A stretch of DNA of 64,000 nucleotides from Stegostoma tigrinum (lineage: Eukaryota): positions 43,295,404 to 43,359,403 of the forward strand of contig NC_081379.1 in the NCBI RefSeq assembly GCF_030684315.1, given 5' to 3'. Shown one piece after another: positions 50,031 to 61,480 of this stretch (positions within the stretch are counted from its first letter, which is position 1; the number at the start of each line of letters is the position of its first letter). Made by a program: the position numbers and the translations under genes. The notes beneath the pieces are model-generated. The model saw only the letters and a program-made list of their open reading frames with translations, was not told the DNA's origin and made no database searches.

Positions 50031-51659
50031 CCTCGATGTATGTTTTTTTAAAAGTGACATGGGCATTGCTGGCTGGACAAACATTTATTGACCATCCCTA
50101 GTTTCCCTTGAGAAGGTGTTGATGATCTGCCTTCTCGAACTCCTGCAGTCATGTGCTGTAGGTAGACCCACAATGCAGTTAGGGAATTCCTGGATTTTTA
50201 ACCCAACAACAGTGAAGGAATGGTGATATATTTCTAAGTCCGGATCATGAGCAGCTTGGAGGGGAACTTGCTAAAGGTGGTGTTCCAGTGGAACTTCTGC
50301 TTTTCTTCTAGACGGGGCACATAGAGCTGCACAATAAATTCAGGCGGTGTGAATGATCCTCAGATTACAAGAATAAATTTTGGTAGGGATTTTTCTCCTT
50401 CCCAGAAGCAGCAGGGCAAGAAGGGCAAATAATTGGGTTTGGTAGCACTGGACAGAGAACTTACCCCTTCTCACTATCTCTACCTTTGGACTGCAGCACA
50501 TGGACTGTAGTGGTTCAGGATGGCGGCTCCCCACCACCCTATCAATGGCAGTAGGGACAGGCAATAAATACTGGCTTGGACAGCGACTCCCATGTCCCAC
50601 GACTGAATGCATTTCAAAAAAATGATCTACGGGCAACATTTCTGAATTCTACCAAGTCCTCAATTAATGACCAGTTAAGAGCCCAAATCTGTGATCAAAG
50701 ATAATGGGAACTACAGATGCTGGAGAATCCAAGATAACACAAGATAACAAAAAGCTTTTGTGCTCCTAAGATGCTGCTTGGTCTGCTGTGTTCATCCAGC
50801 TTCACACTTTGTTATCGAAGGGCCCAAATCTGCCTTCCCAGCAGGTGGGAAAATAGCTGCCTTTCTGACCGGACAAACTGTTGTGGGAAGGCAGTTTGGA
50901 GCACCTCCTTCGTTTGCCCTGTTTTGGGGGAGCCACTGAAAACCAGCCCCTGCCCTTGCTTTGACCCCACATACCCCTTTCCCTGCCATTCCAACTCAAT
51001 TTTGTGAAGCTTCTAGCCAGGCATGTGACAATTCAAAGTGTCTCCCTCAATGGGCAGGCTTTCTTGCTGGTGGGGGAGAGGGGCTCATCTTTTTAAAAAC
51101 CCTCATCTCTACACTTAGAGTAAAAGGTGGAAGATTCCAGTCATAATGTTTTTTAACATAAAAACATCATTAAGTCTGACAACGGCCATTCAAAATGGAA
51201 AGACGATACATAACTGAAATTTGTTTGTGTAACGTCTCAAACTGTGCTATTGCTTATCTCTATTTCCTCTCAATAGTTAGGTGAGAAACTTAACCAGTGT
51301 TTTATGCACAGTCTTTTTATAATACAGGTGTTTGGTAGCATACATACATCACTTAGCCTCTCAAACTTGTTGTGGCATTTAATGTGACCACAGCTAATCT
51401 GTCATTTCACTTCCCATATACTCACCACATGCTCCACTGCTTCCCCCAACCAGGCCTGTTGTTATCCAAGTCTTAATATACCCCAGAATCAGCTAGTTAC
51501 TTCAAGTTGAATTCAGGCAATTCTATATTCTTGAATGCAACATTTTAGTATTCTGTTTCATGTGTATCTCCCACATGTTTTGTAGATCTCTAACATTGAA
51601 GAATTTAGAAAGATCTGAATGTCATTTGGTCCATTCAGCTCTTTACCAACTGGGTAATA

Positions 51660-52771
51660 TAGAGATCCATGTATGGTTGTGGATGAAAGGAAGAATTTTG
51701 TTATGTAGCACCGTTCACGACCTCAGGGTACCACAAAATGTTCTGGCCCTAACCCTGGCCTTTTGTTTTCTCTCAATGGTTTTGCAACTGTCCTGTCTTT
51801 TGGATATTTTCCATTATTTTGTTCTGTGCTATAAATCTGAAGGCTTTGTTGAAAACTCTTCTGTGTTTTTGCTCCTGTATGATTTGAGTGGTGGCAGTAT
51901 TGGCATTTCAATAGCCTAAAGTACAAACACAGTATATGATTCAGCAGCCAAACTAGCAGGTTATTGTCATATCAGGGAAGTCATTTGCAGTTATGTCTTT
52001 AATTGTCTTGCAGTGAGGCATCAGAAGTGAAACCAGGATCCAGACTCCTCCTCGAGGTTCACCTCCTGTCAGCCAGTGGAACTCGGCTGGAGGTGAAGCC
52101 CATGGCTGAGCAGCTAAGTATGATCAGGCATGAGCGAGAGAAAGGCAATCGCTATTTTCAGACCAAGAATTATAAGCTGGCAATTATTTGCTACACTTGT
52201 GCTTTGTCAATTATAGATGCAAATGCTAAAGGTAATGAACCATTTTTCTTAGGATAATTGTTTCCACCTAAAACTCTATTCATCTATATGGTTAGCTGAA
52301 ACTTTAGAAATTATGTACATTAATGGCATTAGCATTATGGTCTAAGCTGTGAATGCACACAACATAAACACCATCCTCATTGCTTATGTCCTCAGTTCCC
52401 ACACACCAGAAAATTATTGATTCAGGTCTCCTGCAGAATCCTGAGCGCAGAAATCTAGGTAGAAATCTCTTTGCAGTATGTTGTAAGTGTCTTTAGGATA
52501 TAAGACAGTCTATGGCACCATATTGAAGCATGAAAATTCTTCCTGGTGACTTGACCAATATTTATACCTCAATCAAAATCAACAAATAAATAAACTGGTC
52601 AATATTTATGGAACCTTGTGGCATGCAAACCTAGATGACACAACTTAAATATTACAATAGTGATGTCGTTTGAAAAATGGGTATAAAGCATTTTGTGGTA
52701 CCCTGAGGTCGTGAATGGTGCAACATAACTGAAAATTCTTCCTTTCATCCACAACCATACATGGATTTCTA
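51660..52771. repeat. ~82-bp inverted repeat (51660-51740 / 52689-52771) flanking FKBP8-like exon 4
   Basis: Manual alignment gives 3 mismatches and one 2-nt indel. Confidence 0.9.
52014..52231 (+). CDS. FKBP8-like exon 4 (end of FKBP domain, TPR1)
   Basis: EASEVKPGSRLLLEVHLL...REKGNRYFQTKNYKLAIICYTCALSIIDANAK; phases match both neighbours. Confidence 0.93.
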
Positions 52772-53448
52772 CATTCAGTCCCCAGTTACTCATATGCACA
52801 AATGAGTTGATGTACTGTAGCATCACCAAGGTATGATTATACAATAGGTTACTGTTAACAATAGCCCTATTTCTATATCTGACTTGCTTTTGGGTTCCCC
52901 AGACTCAGTGACTCTAATGCTCTTCTTACCTCCTATGCTCAGCCACGCTAAATTCCAATTTGGCCAATGTTTTGCTGCATGTACAACAACTCTACAAGTA
53001 GTATCAGCGGTGTCATAGTAATGTCTCTGTCCCTGGAACAGAAGGTTCAGATTCAAATCCCACCTTCCCTGAGTGTGTAATTACTTGTCCACACATTTGA
53101 TTTGCAATGTTTCTGAAACATCTCAAGGACTATTAACACCATCCTTCCATTATTGGTGTGCCAAGTTCAAAATCCTGAAAATATCCATACCCTTGTTAAC
53201 CTGTGCGTTCCAATATCTCTCTCCTACCCACAATTGATGTCATAGCATTCAGCCATGTTGATGTTGCTCCTTTGAATTCATTCCCTAAATCTCTTTTCCC
53301 ATGTATCCCTCTCCCTAAACTCTAGAAATCTCTTTCAATGCAATTTCTTCAAAATAACTTGTCACCCTTCCTTCTCTCTCTCTCTCTTCCTTGCTTTAAA
53401 TATGTCTTCCAGTGCGTCTGTCTGTCTGTCTGTCTGTCTGTCTTATTA

Positions 53449-53701
53449 TCACAGAGGTGCTTTATAATTGTAAATCATTGTTATTATTGATCTACATTGC
53501 CACTTAGAGAGCGATGAAATCCTTCCAAGTTTCTGTAACACAAATCTTGCTTTTAATCTAACAGTACCACAAAGAGTACTGAGAAATTTTTGGAAGGAAT
53601 ATAATGTTTCTGCAATGATGTGATGTAGCACCTTTCTGTGCTACATTGGAAAGTGGGTTGCATTACTTTTCGTAGCCGGCTGACATTTGAAACTTCCAAA
53701 G
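53449..53701 (-). pseudogene. Nested antisense degenerate gene, exon D (HhH-like segment)
   Basis: Acceptor CTCCTTCCTTAAG; phase matches exon C. Reads (S)FGSFKC...FPM*HRKVLHHIIAETLYSFQKFLSTLCGTVRLKARFVLQKLGRISSLSKW, with one TAG at 53641-53643. Confidence 0.55.
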
Positions 53702-54068
53702 CTTAAGGAAGGAGATGAATAATATGCTTTTAATACCTACACAAAATGAGCTTGTGTTCTCCTTTCTGAAGAAACATCAACTTTCGTGCTCCTCTGATGC
53801 TACCCGGCCTGCTGTGCTCCTCCAGATCTACACTGCTTCAGCGGCTCAGTGGATCTTAGCCATGAAGCTGAGGATACCAGTGATGTTAGACTCAGAATTA
53901 CTGCTCAATAGCAATATCATGTCAAGGTTCTCTTGACATTATTCCTTTTTGGGATTTCAAATGGCATAAAACAATATTCATGATCTCTGTGTCTGTGGCT
54001 GCGCTATGGATTCTTCTACATACAATGCATCTTTAAAATAAAGCATATTCAGTTCACAAGAAACTTAT

Positions 54069-54281
54069 CTGAATACGGGGCAATGCAGCTCCCAACGTAG
54101 ATCAGGTAAATTGAGGGAAATGAAGTACTTCTGGGCAGTTTTGGCCATGTTGTCCATATTGTTTGGAGACAGAAAATTTGTGAAGCCTTTCCTGACCATC
54201 CCTGCCCACCTTTCCACAATTGCGTGCAATCGATATTCAGCCTGTCCGTCCCTTCCTATGCAAAAGCTGTTAGAATTGCCA
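54069..54281 (-). pseudogene. Nested antisense degenerate gene, exon C
   Basis: Strong acceptor TTTCCATTCTTTTGATTCCAG and an open 213-nt frame GNSNSFCIG...LRWELHCPVF. The donor reads AG|ATAAGT, an apparent GT>AT change. Confidence 0.6.
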
Positions 54282-55727
54282 CTGGAATCAAAAGAATGGA
54301 AATTGCAAAACAACCACATCAAAAAGTTGACAAATAAGATTTCACCATATTTTTATATTTTAATTTAGCAGTCTCTTTTGTAATATACCATCCATGGATT
54401 GGTATTTAATTTTATATGAAGCTGTAAAGTTTGTTGAACTTTCAGTAAAATTCTTGCCTTAACAAATGGTCTTCTGCCTGCATAAATGGCATTCAAGTGT
54501 TCAGAAAAAGTGGAGCTTAACTCTAGTCCCTTCCCAAACTGGGAAAATGATCACTCATTTCCAAAGGAATTCTCTACTTTTCTCAAAAAAAATTGCTACG
54601 GATTGTTGTGTCAACATTTGCTGAGAGATCTTTACGTGAGGGGTGGTGCCAGGGCACACATTAGTTTACAACTAGATTGGTTCACAAAGACTTTATGGAA
54701 GATTTTAATGTTTTGTGCATGATTTCTTTCAGAAACACCATTACTAAAGACACTGTACATTGTTGTATCCACCCATTTTTCATTACTTTCACACATCACT
54801 TTAAATTCAGCAATGACAACTTCCCTCCCTCACCCCAACCCAAAATTGTCAGAGAGATGAAAACAAAAACAAATTGCTGAGGAACGCTCAGCAGTCTGGC
54901 AGCATCTGTGGAGAGAAATCAGAGTTAATATTTCCGGTCCAATGACCCTTCCTCAGAACTATGCCACTTGTACTACTTTAATATTTTAGTTAGAGAAGTT
55001 AGGTCTTGTTAGAGAGATATAATGATATCCAAATTATGTAAACTAAATCCACTGACTTCCCAGAAACAGCAGACAAGTTGCATTCCATACCACTTTTATT
55101 TAAGCCTTTTACATTTACAGCCTGCTCAACAATAAGGGTATTTCATTTTATACAATATCTGTGTAAGTAAAGTTGTTTATCCCAGCTATTTTACATGGAG
55201 TTATAACTGTTAGTGATATCAGTATTTGGTGATTCCCAAACCTGAAGCAAGTAAAACTCTCAAACTCATTGACCTTCCTTCAATCTTGATTTTTAAAGAA
55301 TCAAAATAATGTTTTGCCTGATCTATTGCACACACTGTTGACTTACATGTCCAACACAGCACAACTAAAATGACTCTGTGACTATAACTACTTTTGTTAC
55401 TGGACTAAAGTTTTTATAACTGGAACAGTTCCTACTGCCTTGCAGTCTTTTCAATCTTGTCATGCAGCATTTCAAAAACTTTGTTACCCTGTTTAGGGCA
55501 ATTCATTGCATATTAATATTTAGAATCCCATTTGAAGTATATATTGACCAAACCCCAGGGATTCATGGAATTTATTCTTCTGTTATAGCTCCCAATTTCT
55601 GTCCATCATAGCTGTAACAGTGACACTAAACTTGATCTTACATGTTATAATTCTTCTTTCATTTTGATGCTTAGAAGCCATGAGTGGACAATCTGGAATG
55701 TGTTTAACTTTTAATTCCTTTTCTTAC

Positions 55728-56154
55728 CCTAATGCTGAATGACTTTGAGTTGTGAAGGCTCCTAGGAATGAATGACTTCCAAGGATTTGTTTTAAGGTTT
55801 CTGACATCTGTTTTGAATGCACATTTCTTTCTGAAAATTTAGTTTCAGTTTATGCCATGTGTCCGTCCATGATTGACATCTGAGCGCAATCCAATATAAA
55901 GACAGACACTGAATTAGGTGTCTCCAAGTAAATCTTTTTGCAAACTTGCATATTGTCTTTTAAATTCCATAAATCATAAAGTTTAGCTTCACAGAACATC
56001 AGTTGGAAATCGTATCCTGCCTGTTCACAATTGGTTTCAGCCATTTATCACCAAAATAACATGAATTATGGTCTTATGTCTGAATGAAATCTTAATTTCC
56101 AATATCCACCTTTTTAAGCAACTGGTCTCTGCAACTATTGTTAACAGTTTCCAA
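55728..56154 (-). pseudogene. Nested antisense degenerate gene, exon B
   Basis: Acceptor GTCTTTTAG and donor GG|GTAAGA, in phase with exon C. The frame is open from 56044 to 55728 except for one TAA at 55850-55852. Confidence 0.55.
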
Positions 56155-56412
56155 CTAAAAGACATAGACTGTCCTTGTGTAGAGAGTTTACTAATTCAAT
56201 ACCAATCCAACTCTCTCCCAAAGGCACATGTTCCACATTTTAACTGTATTGGATGAAGTTGTTCAGATATGCTACAACATATCTCCAGGGCAAGGAGGAC
56301 TTGAATCTGAACCCTTGGCCCACAGGCAGGGACAATACCACTCCATATTATCGCTTGATTTGCCCCCCCTCCACCTTTTACATATTTAGATATAAATTAA
56401 TTAAGTCATTAC

Positions 56413-57166
56413 CAGTCCTTCCTTAATGACTTGCTATATTAACATCTTGTGCATCAATTCACAATCATTGACACAACTGCAAGCTTTCTTTATCTCTCAA
56501 ACTTTGTGCCCTTCCAGTGGGATTTCACTTCTAAAGGGGCATTATTTTAGAATTCTTTTTAAGTTTTGTTCAAACTTTGTCAATGTATACCACTATTCCA
56601 GGATCATTTCCTTCACTAGCAAATTTCACAGAGGTTTGGTCCTTTTTTTTTCAAATTTCTGTCTGTACCGAGGGTTTCAAACCATTCACATTTAGAAGGG
56701 TCTGGGCCCGAAACGTCAGCTTTCCTGCTCCTCTGATGCTGCTTGGCCTGCTGTGTTCATCCAGCTCCACACCTTGTTCTCTCACATTTTGAATAGCTGC
56801 TTTTACTGTAGCATAGTCTACAGTGGTGTGATAGCGCTTCTAGGAAGTCACTTGGTAAGAGCATAGTCCAAAACTTTTCAGGGCAATTCAAACTCTCAGC
56901 ATTTGCTTAAATGACCGAAAGCATGTTCTACCCCCGCTTCAGCAGGTGTTCTTCACTAAATACAAACCCAGAGGAATTTTCACTGTTGGTATCTCTTTTC
57001 ATCGTCAGTTCAAATTTGCATAAATTTGCTCCATTTCAAGAAATTGCATTGCAATTCTTATTAGATCTACTTGAACTATTTCTTTTGGTTGTTCAAGAGA
57101 GACAGAATATTATTGAAAAATTTCTGTTTTTATTTTAGATCCTGGATTTGCGCTAGTCATGCTCTG
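56413..57166 (-). pseudogene. Nested antisense degenerate gene, putative exon A (many stops; PLE tail inserted at ~56692-56782)
   Basis: Acceptor TTGTTTTAG, ATG at 57160 (MTSANPGSK), K/E-rich broken frames and candidate donor G|GTAATG. Confidence 0.35.
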
Positions 57167-57479
57167 CTAAAACAATCAAATCAACTTTTCCTCTACTGTT
57201 GCTGTGTCCTAAGAGAGTCGAATCATTCTTAACAAATGTTTGATCTTCAGCAATACGCATTGATTTACACAATCAATACAGCAAAATTAAATATGAACAT
57301 TTGTTTAATTTGAATTCTGGAATGTTACAGTGAACTTGTTTCAAAACTTAATTTGTGACCCAGACAATTCTTAAAGTTTGCTACGATCAAACAGCAAAAG
57401 TATGGTCATCATTTAACGACCACAATTGAAAAATCAATAGGCAAGGTTTATATTTTACTTGTGGATTTTGATGGTCAAG

Positions 57480-58070
57480 TCGGAAGGAATGTGAATTACA
57501 TTTTGCACAGTGTCCGCAGGCTATAGCCAGCTTTATGCTAAGGCGGTTAATGCACTACTGCAATGATGTCGATATTTGCTACAATGACACACACACACAC
57601 ACACACACAGTAATCGGCTCCTCTCCGGAATAGTTCTCTCCCGTGTACACGCGCGCGCACGAAGATACAACATAAACACACTCACTCTTCTATTACTCTC
57701 CATCTTCGGTCCGCCTCCCCCTCTCTCCCTATTTATTCCAGTTCCCTCTCCCCATCCCCCTCTCTGATGAAGGGTCTAGGCCCGAAACGTCAGCTTTTGT
57801 GCTCCTGAGATGCTGCTTGGCCTGCTGTGTTCATCCAGCCTCACATTTTATTATCACTCTTCTACTTACTTTTTCTCACGCGCTCTACCACGCGCGCGCA
57901 CTGTTTCGCGCGCGAGCGCTCGGTGTGGTCCGGAGATTCGCAAAGACGATGGGACATGGACGTCCTGTTCAAGTTAATGTAATTAGTTTTTCAACGTCGG
58001 CTTCTGTAATAGGATTTAGTCCTGATAATGATTGCTGACTATGGCCCAACACGCTGCGCTGACAGTCACA
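57480..58070. promoter_or_regulatory. Intronic CpG-rich patch with (AC)n and CGCGCG tracts; candidate promoter of the nested antisense gene
   Basis: ACACGCGCGCGCACG, CACGCGCGCGCA and TTTCGCGCGCGAGCG in an otherwise CpG-poor intron. Minus-strand donor GTAAGT at 57869-57864. Confidence 0.55.
57693..57853 (+). mobile_element. Young PLE-tail insertion with an intact hammerhead (57764-57791), 11-bp TSD
   Basis: TSD TCACTCTTCTA at 57682-57692 and 57854-57864; core identical to those at 3566 and 12659. Confidence 0.88.
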
Positions 58071-58082
58071 TTACTGTTTCAG

Positions 58083-58255
58083 ATGTCCTCGACTATGAAG
58101 ATGAGAAAAGTTTTCTTGATGAGAAAGTGAAATGTTACAGCAATATTGCAGCTTGCCACCTGAACGTTGGAAACTTAGAGGATGCTTTTTCCTACTGCGA
58201 CATGGTTTTGCAGCATCAGCCTCAGCATTGCAAAGCTTTATTCAGGAAGGGCAAG
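58083..58255 (+). CDS. FKBP8-like exon 5 (TPR2 and start of TPR3)
   Basis: KVKCYSNIAACHLNVGNLEDAFSYCDMVLQHQPQHCKALFRKGK; AAG|GTAGGC donor. Confidence 0.95.
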
Positions 58256-58386
58256 GTAGGCCTGTTCTTGATATTAAATTAGTTCAACAGATCTGATTAG
58301 TTATTGATTAAATATTTCCGTATTGAATTTCTTTTGAAACACTGCTGGCAAAATAATTGTATAAATTATTATTCCAATTGTTTCAG

Positions 58387-58464
58387 GTGCTTGAACTGCA
58401 AGAGAAATATTTCCTCTCTATCAAATTTCTCAGAAAAGCTTCACAAGTGGAGCCTGGAAATCAG
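58387..58464 (+). CDS. FKBP8-like exon 6
   Basis: VLELQEKYFLSIKFLRKASQVEPGNQ (78 nt); weak donor GTGCCT. Confidence 0.85.
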
Positions 58465-60649
58465 GTGCCTGATCTCAGAGATGCTCAAATACTGCATAAA
58501 AGTATATGTTTTTTAAGGATTCAGCATCCAGATATTAATTACTGTTCATAGATTTGCTGCTAGTGCTTGTGTTGTCTCTAATCATACTCCGTGCTTCCTT
58601 AGCTTGTTCCTGCTTAGTGTACTTTGTGTTGTTGAATATTCTTTTTTATTATGCTTCTTATGAGAGTATTCTCCATAATTTTCTATGTTGTAATGTATAT
58701 AATGATATTGTGTGGCACTGCTCTCAATTATTTATGAATGTAGTTTGATTTTGTGCCTGATGAAAGCACCTTCAGTCACTGACTCCGGTGAATTCACTAT
58801 CAACAGCTACTTTAAAACTGGTCTTAGTTCAAATTCTGACTTGCTGACAAGTTTCATTTGGTTTCCAACATTTGCGCTACTAGATATATTTATTTTCTTC
58901 CGGTGGTAAAAGGTAGGTTCAATATTTTGTGCATTTAGAACAGCGTCTCATGAATAATCAAGGAACGAGTGAACTATTAACTGGAAACTCTGGTGTAAAT
59001 GCACAGAATTGGTAACAAAAACAGAAATTATTGTAACCTGGAGCAGCCTAGAAACAGGAATGGGACCTGGGACTAAATACAACACACCTGCTGGGTCTGC
59101 TTTTGACACTGGCATGAAAAATACTAAGTGTGCCAAACCACTACATTCCCACCCATTCCATAGTACAGAGGATGGGCAGTGCTGAAATCAGCAACCTGCC
59201 TACCAGATATCAGTAAATAAACAACAGTTAGTTGAGCCTGTTAAAGTCCAATTCACTCCAATATTCCCTATTCATCCCATCATGGTTGACATGGCCAGGA
59301 TTAGGCAGCCTGGTTTATTTTAACAAGATTTTAAATAAGTAGGCAGGAATGGGGTGTTGACTGTCTTTGGTAAGTGCCCTTTGTGCACCAGAGGGAGCCT
59401 TCCCAGAAGAGATTACACTTAGCTCTCCAGTTTCTTCTCAAAACCTCCCTGTCCTACTTACTCAAGTTTGGAGATCCATTGGGCTTTTTCCAGCCAGGGC
59501 AGCACCCATCATGAAGACTACTGGAGCCACCGGTGAATCAAATTGTCTGATGGTTCCAGAGGGTGGTATTCCTTCCCACTGAGGGACACAAGTCCTGTTA
59601 CTAACTAACTAACTTAGCCTGTGGTCATAGTGGAATTGATTTTTCCTATGGTGTTTCAGAATGCATCTTGTGGCATGTGACATTGTTTTCGCATAAACTG
59701 CATAAGCCAGTTTGCCACTGTGCTCCTTTTCTTCAATGTTAATAAAGAGCTCCACATCTTTCAACAGGAAGCTTTGATCATGATTCCTGTAGAAATATGC
59801 TGTGCAGCTTAAATATAACTGTACTCTGGTTGTGCAGGAGTCAGCAGAAGGCAAATCATGCCTCCTTTCTCATGGCAGTAGTTGCCAAATTTTGCAATTT
59901 TTAAAAAAAATGCCTAGTGGCAGAATTAGCTACTTTGACAGCCCCTGGTCAAGAGGAAGCATGTTAGGTAAGTATGAGGTAACAGAAGGTGGAATTTGCA
60001 CCAGGGTGTGTTTGAGGCAGTTTGAGATAGGGGGAATTGGGCCCAACTGTGTTTGGTAGTGGGGTGTGGGTGAGGGGCTGCAAGTGTGTCTTGCAAAAGA
60101 GGAGGAAGGGTGTTAACTGTGCTGAGAGAAGGGGGTGTCAAGTTTGGTGGGAAGATAGTGTTAGGTTCCAGAGAGAGAGGTGGGGGGGAGGGCACGGTGG
60201 GGATGGTATAAAGTCTGAGGATTTGCTGGGTTCTGTGGGTTGGAGGAGTGGGTGTTGGTCACTAGGATGACAACAGGTGTCAGATTCAGTAGAGAAGGTT
60301 GGTGCTTTGGCAATATGGATTGGGTCCAGCAATGTTGGGGCACTGATGCAAGTGTTTGGTAGTTGAGAGGGGTTGTTAATTGTTATCTAGACAGTTAATG
60401 ACTTCCTTTTTCCAGTTGTGATTACTTCTTGGATCCTGCACTTCAGAGTCCCCATATTTGCTTGTGTTGGTGTTTGAGACATATGGTAGCATCTCTGAAG
60501 AAAAAAATCAGAGTTAACTGTTATGAGAAAGGGTCACCAGACCCGAAACGTTAACTGATTTTTTTTCTTCACAGATGCTGCCAGAGCTGACCTTTTCCAG
60601 CAGTTTTTGTTCCTGATTTACAGCATCTGCAGTTCTTTCAGTTTTTGAT

Positions 60650-60910
60650 TGAGATGTGTTTGCTTTGTATTCATCTACCATCACTGATCATCGAGGCTGC
60701 CAATGGCATTACTTCAGGCCCAAATTAAAACTGTACTGCAGAATCATGGACAATATGCCAGCTCAGGACAGAATTTTAAACAGCACACAATTAGAGAACA
60801 TATTCACCAAAGCCAGAATCAGAGGACTCAGCCACTACAGGCAAAATCACAGAGAGAACAACATAGCCAGCATGGCAGAGATGTCAGGAATAGAGTCATG
60901 GCATACACAC
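60650..60910 (+). mobile_element. RTE-like LINE 3' fragment
   Basis: ESWT...AQDRILNS...AEMSGIES remnants resemble the RTE C-terminal region. Confidence 0.45.
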
Positions 60911-61381
60911 TAATCATGAGTAACTTTATAGACACTGCACTCTCACCGAAGGTTAAAGGGAACTTATTTGTTCAACTATTTAGGAATGGTATTAATACGT
61001 GTGGGCTTGCCCTTCAGCTTAATGACGGCAATGAGACATTGTATGCTTCCATAATTAGTGGCTGGTTCACTATGCCAGTTTTACACATCAGCAGCTCATG
61101 AATAATTAGCCCCTTTTTTTAAACTGAAGCGATCTGAAGAGTAATTAATTGTGCTGGCACCAACTTGCCCAATCTGACCAAGTACTGATCTGTAAAAAAC
61201 AGAATTCTGTCTCCAGTAAATTCATTGAATTTGATCTTGCATCAGTTATACTTTTATAATTTTCAAATCCTTGTACTAGGAAAATTGCTCCATATCAGCA
61301 CATTACAATGATAGGAAGCATTGCTAAGCTATATATCACAAAGGGCAGTCTAACACTTTTGATTGCTGTTTGTTCCTGCAG

Positions 61382-61480
61382 GAAATTGAAAGGGAAATGA
61401 AGCTTGTTTTTGACAAATGGGCAGAAAAATCTGAAGGTACCAGCAATGCTAAAACAATGAATACGTGTCCACTGTTCTTG
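61382..61480 (+). CDS. FKBP8-like exon 7 (post-TPR helix)
   Basis: EIEREMKLVFDKWAEKSEGTSNAKTMNTCPLFL; TTCCTGCAG acceptor, GTAGGT donor, phase 0. Confidence 0.7.

Noticed and set aside
53680-53701. Nucleotidyltransferase motif (FGSFK) in the nested gene
   Set aside because: The downstream DxD motif is missing, so this is likely coincidental.
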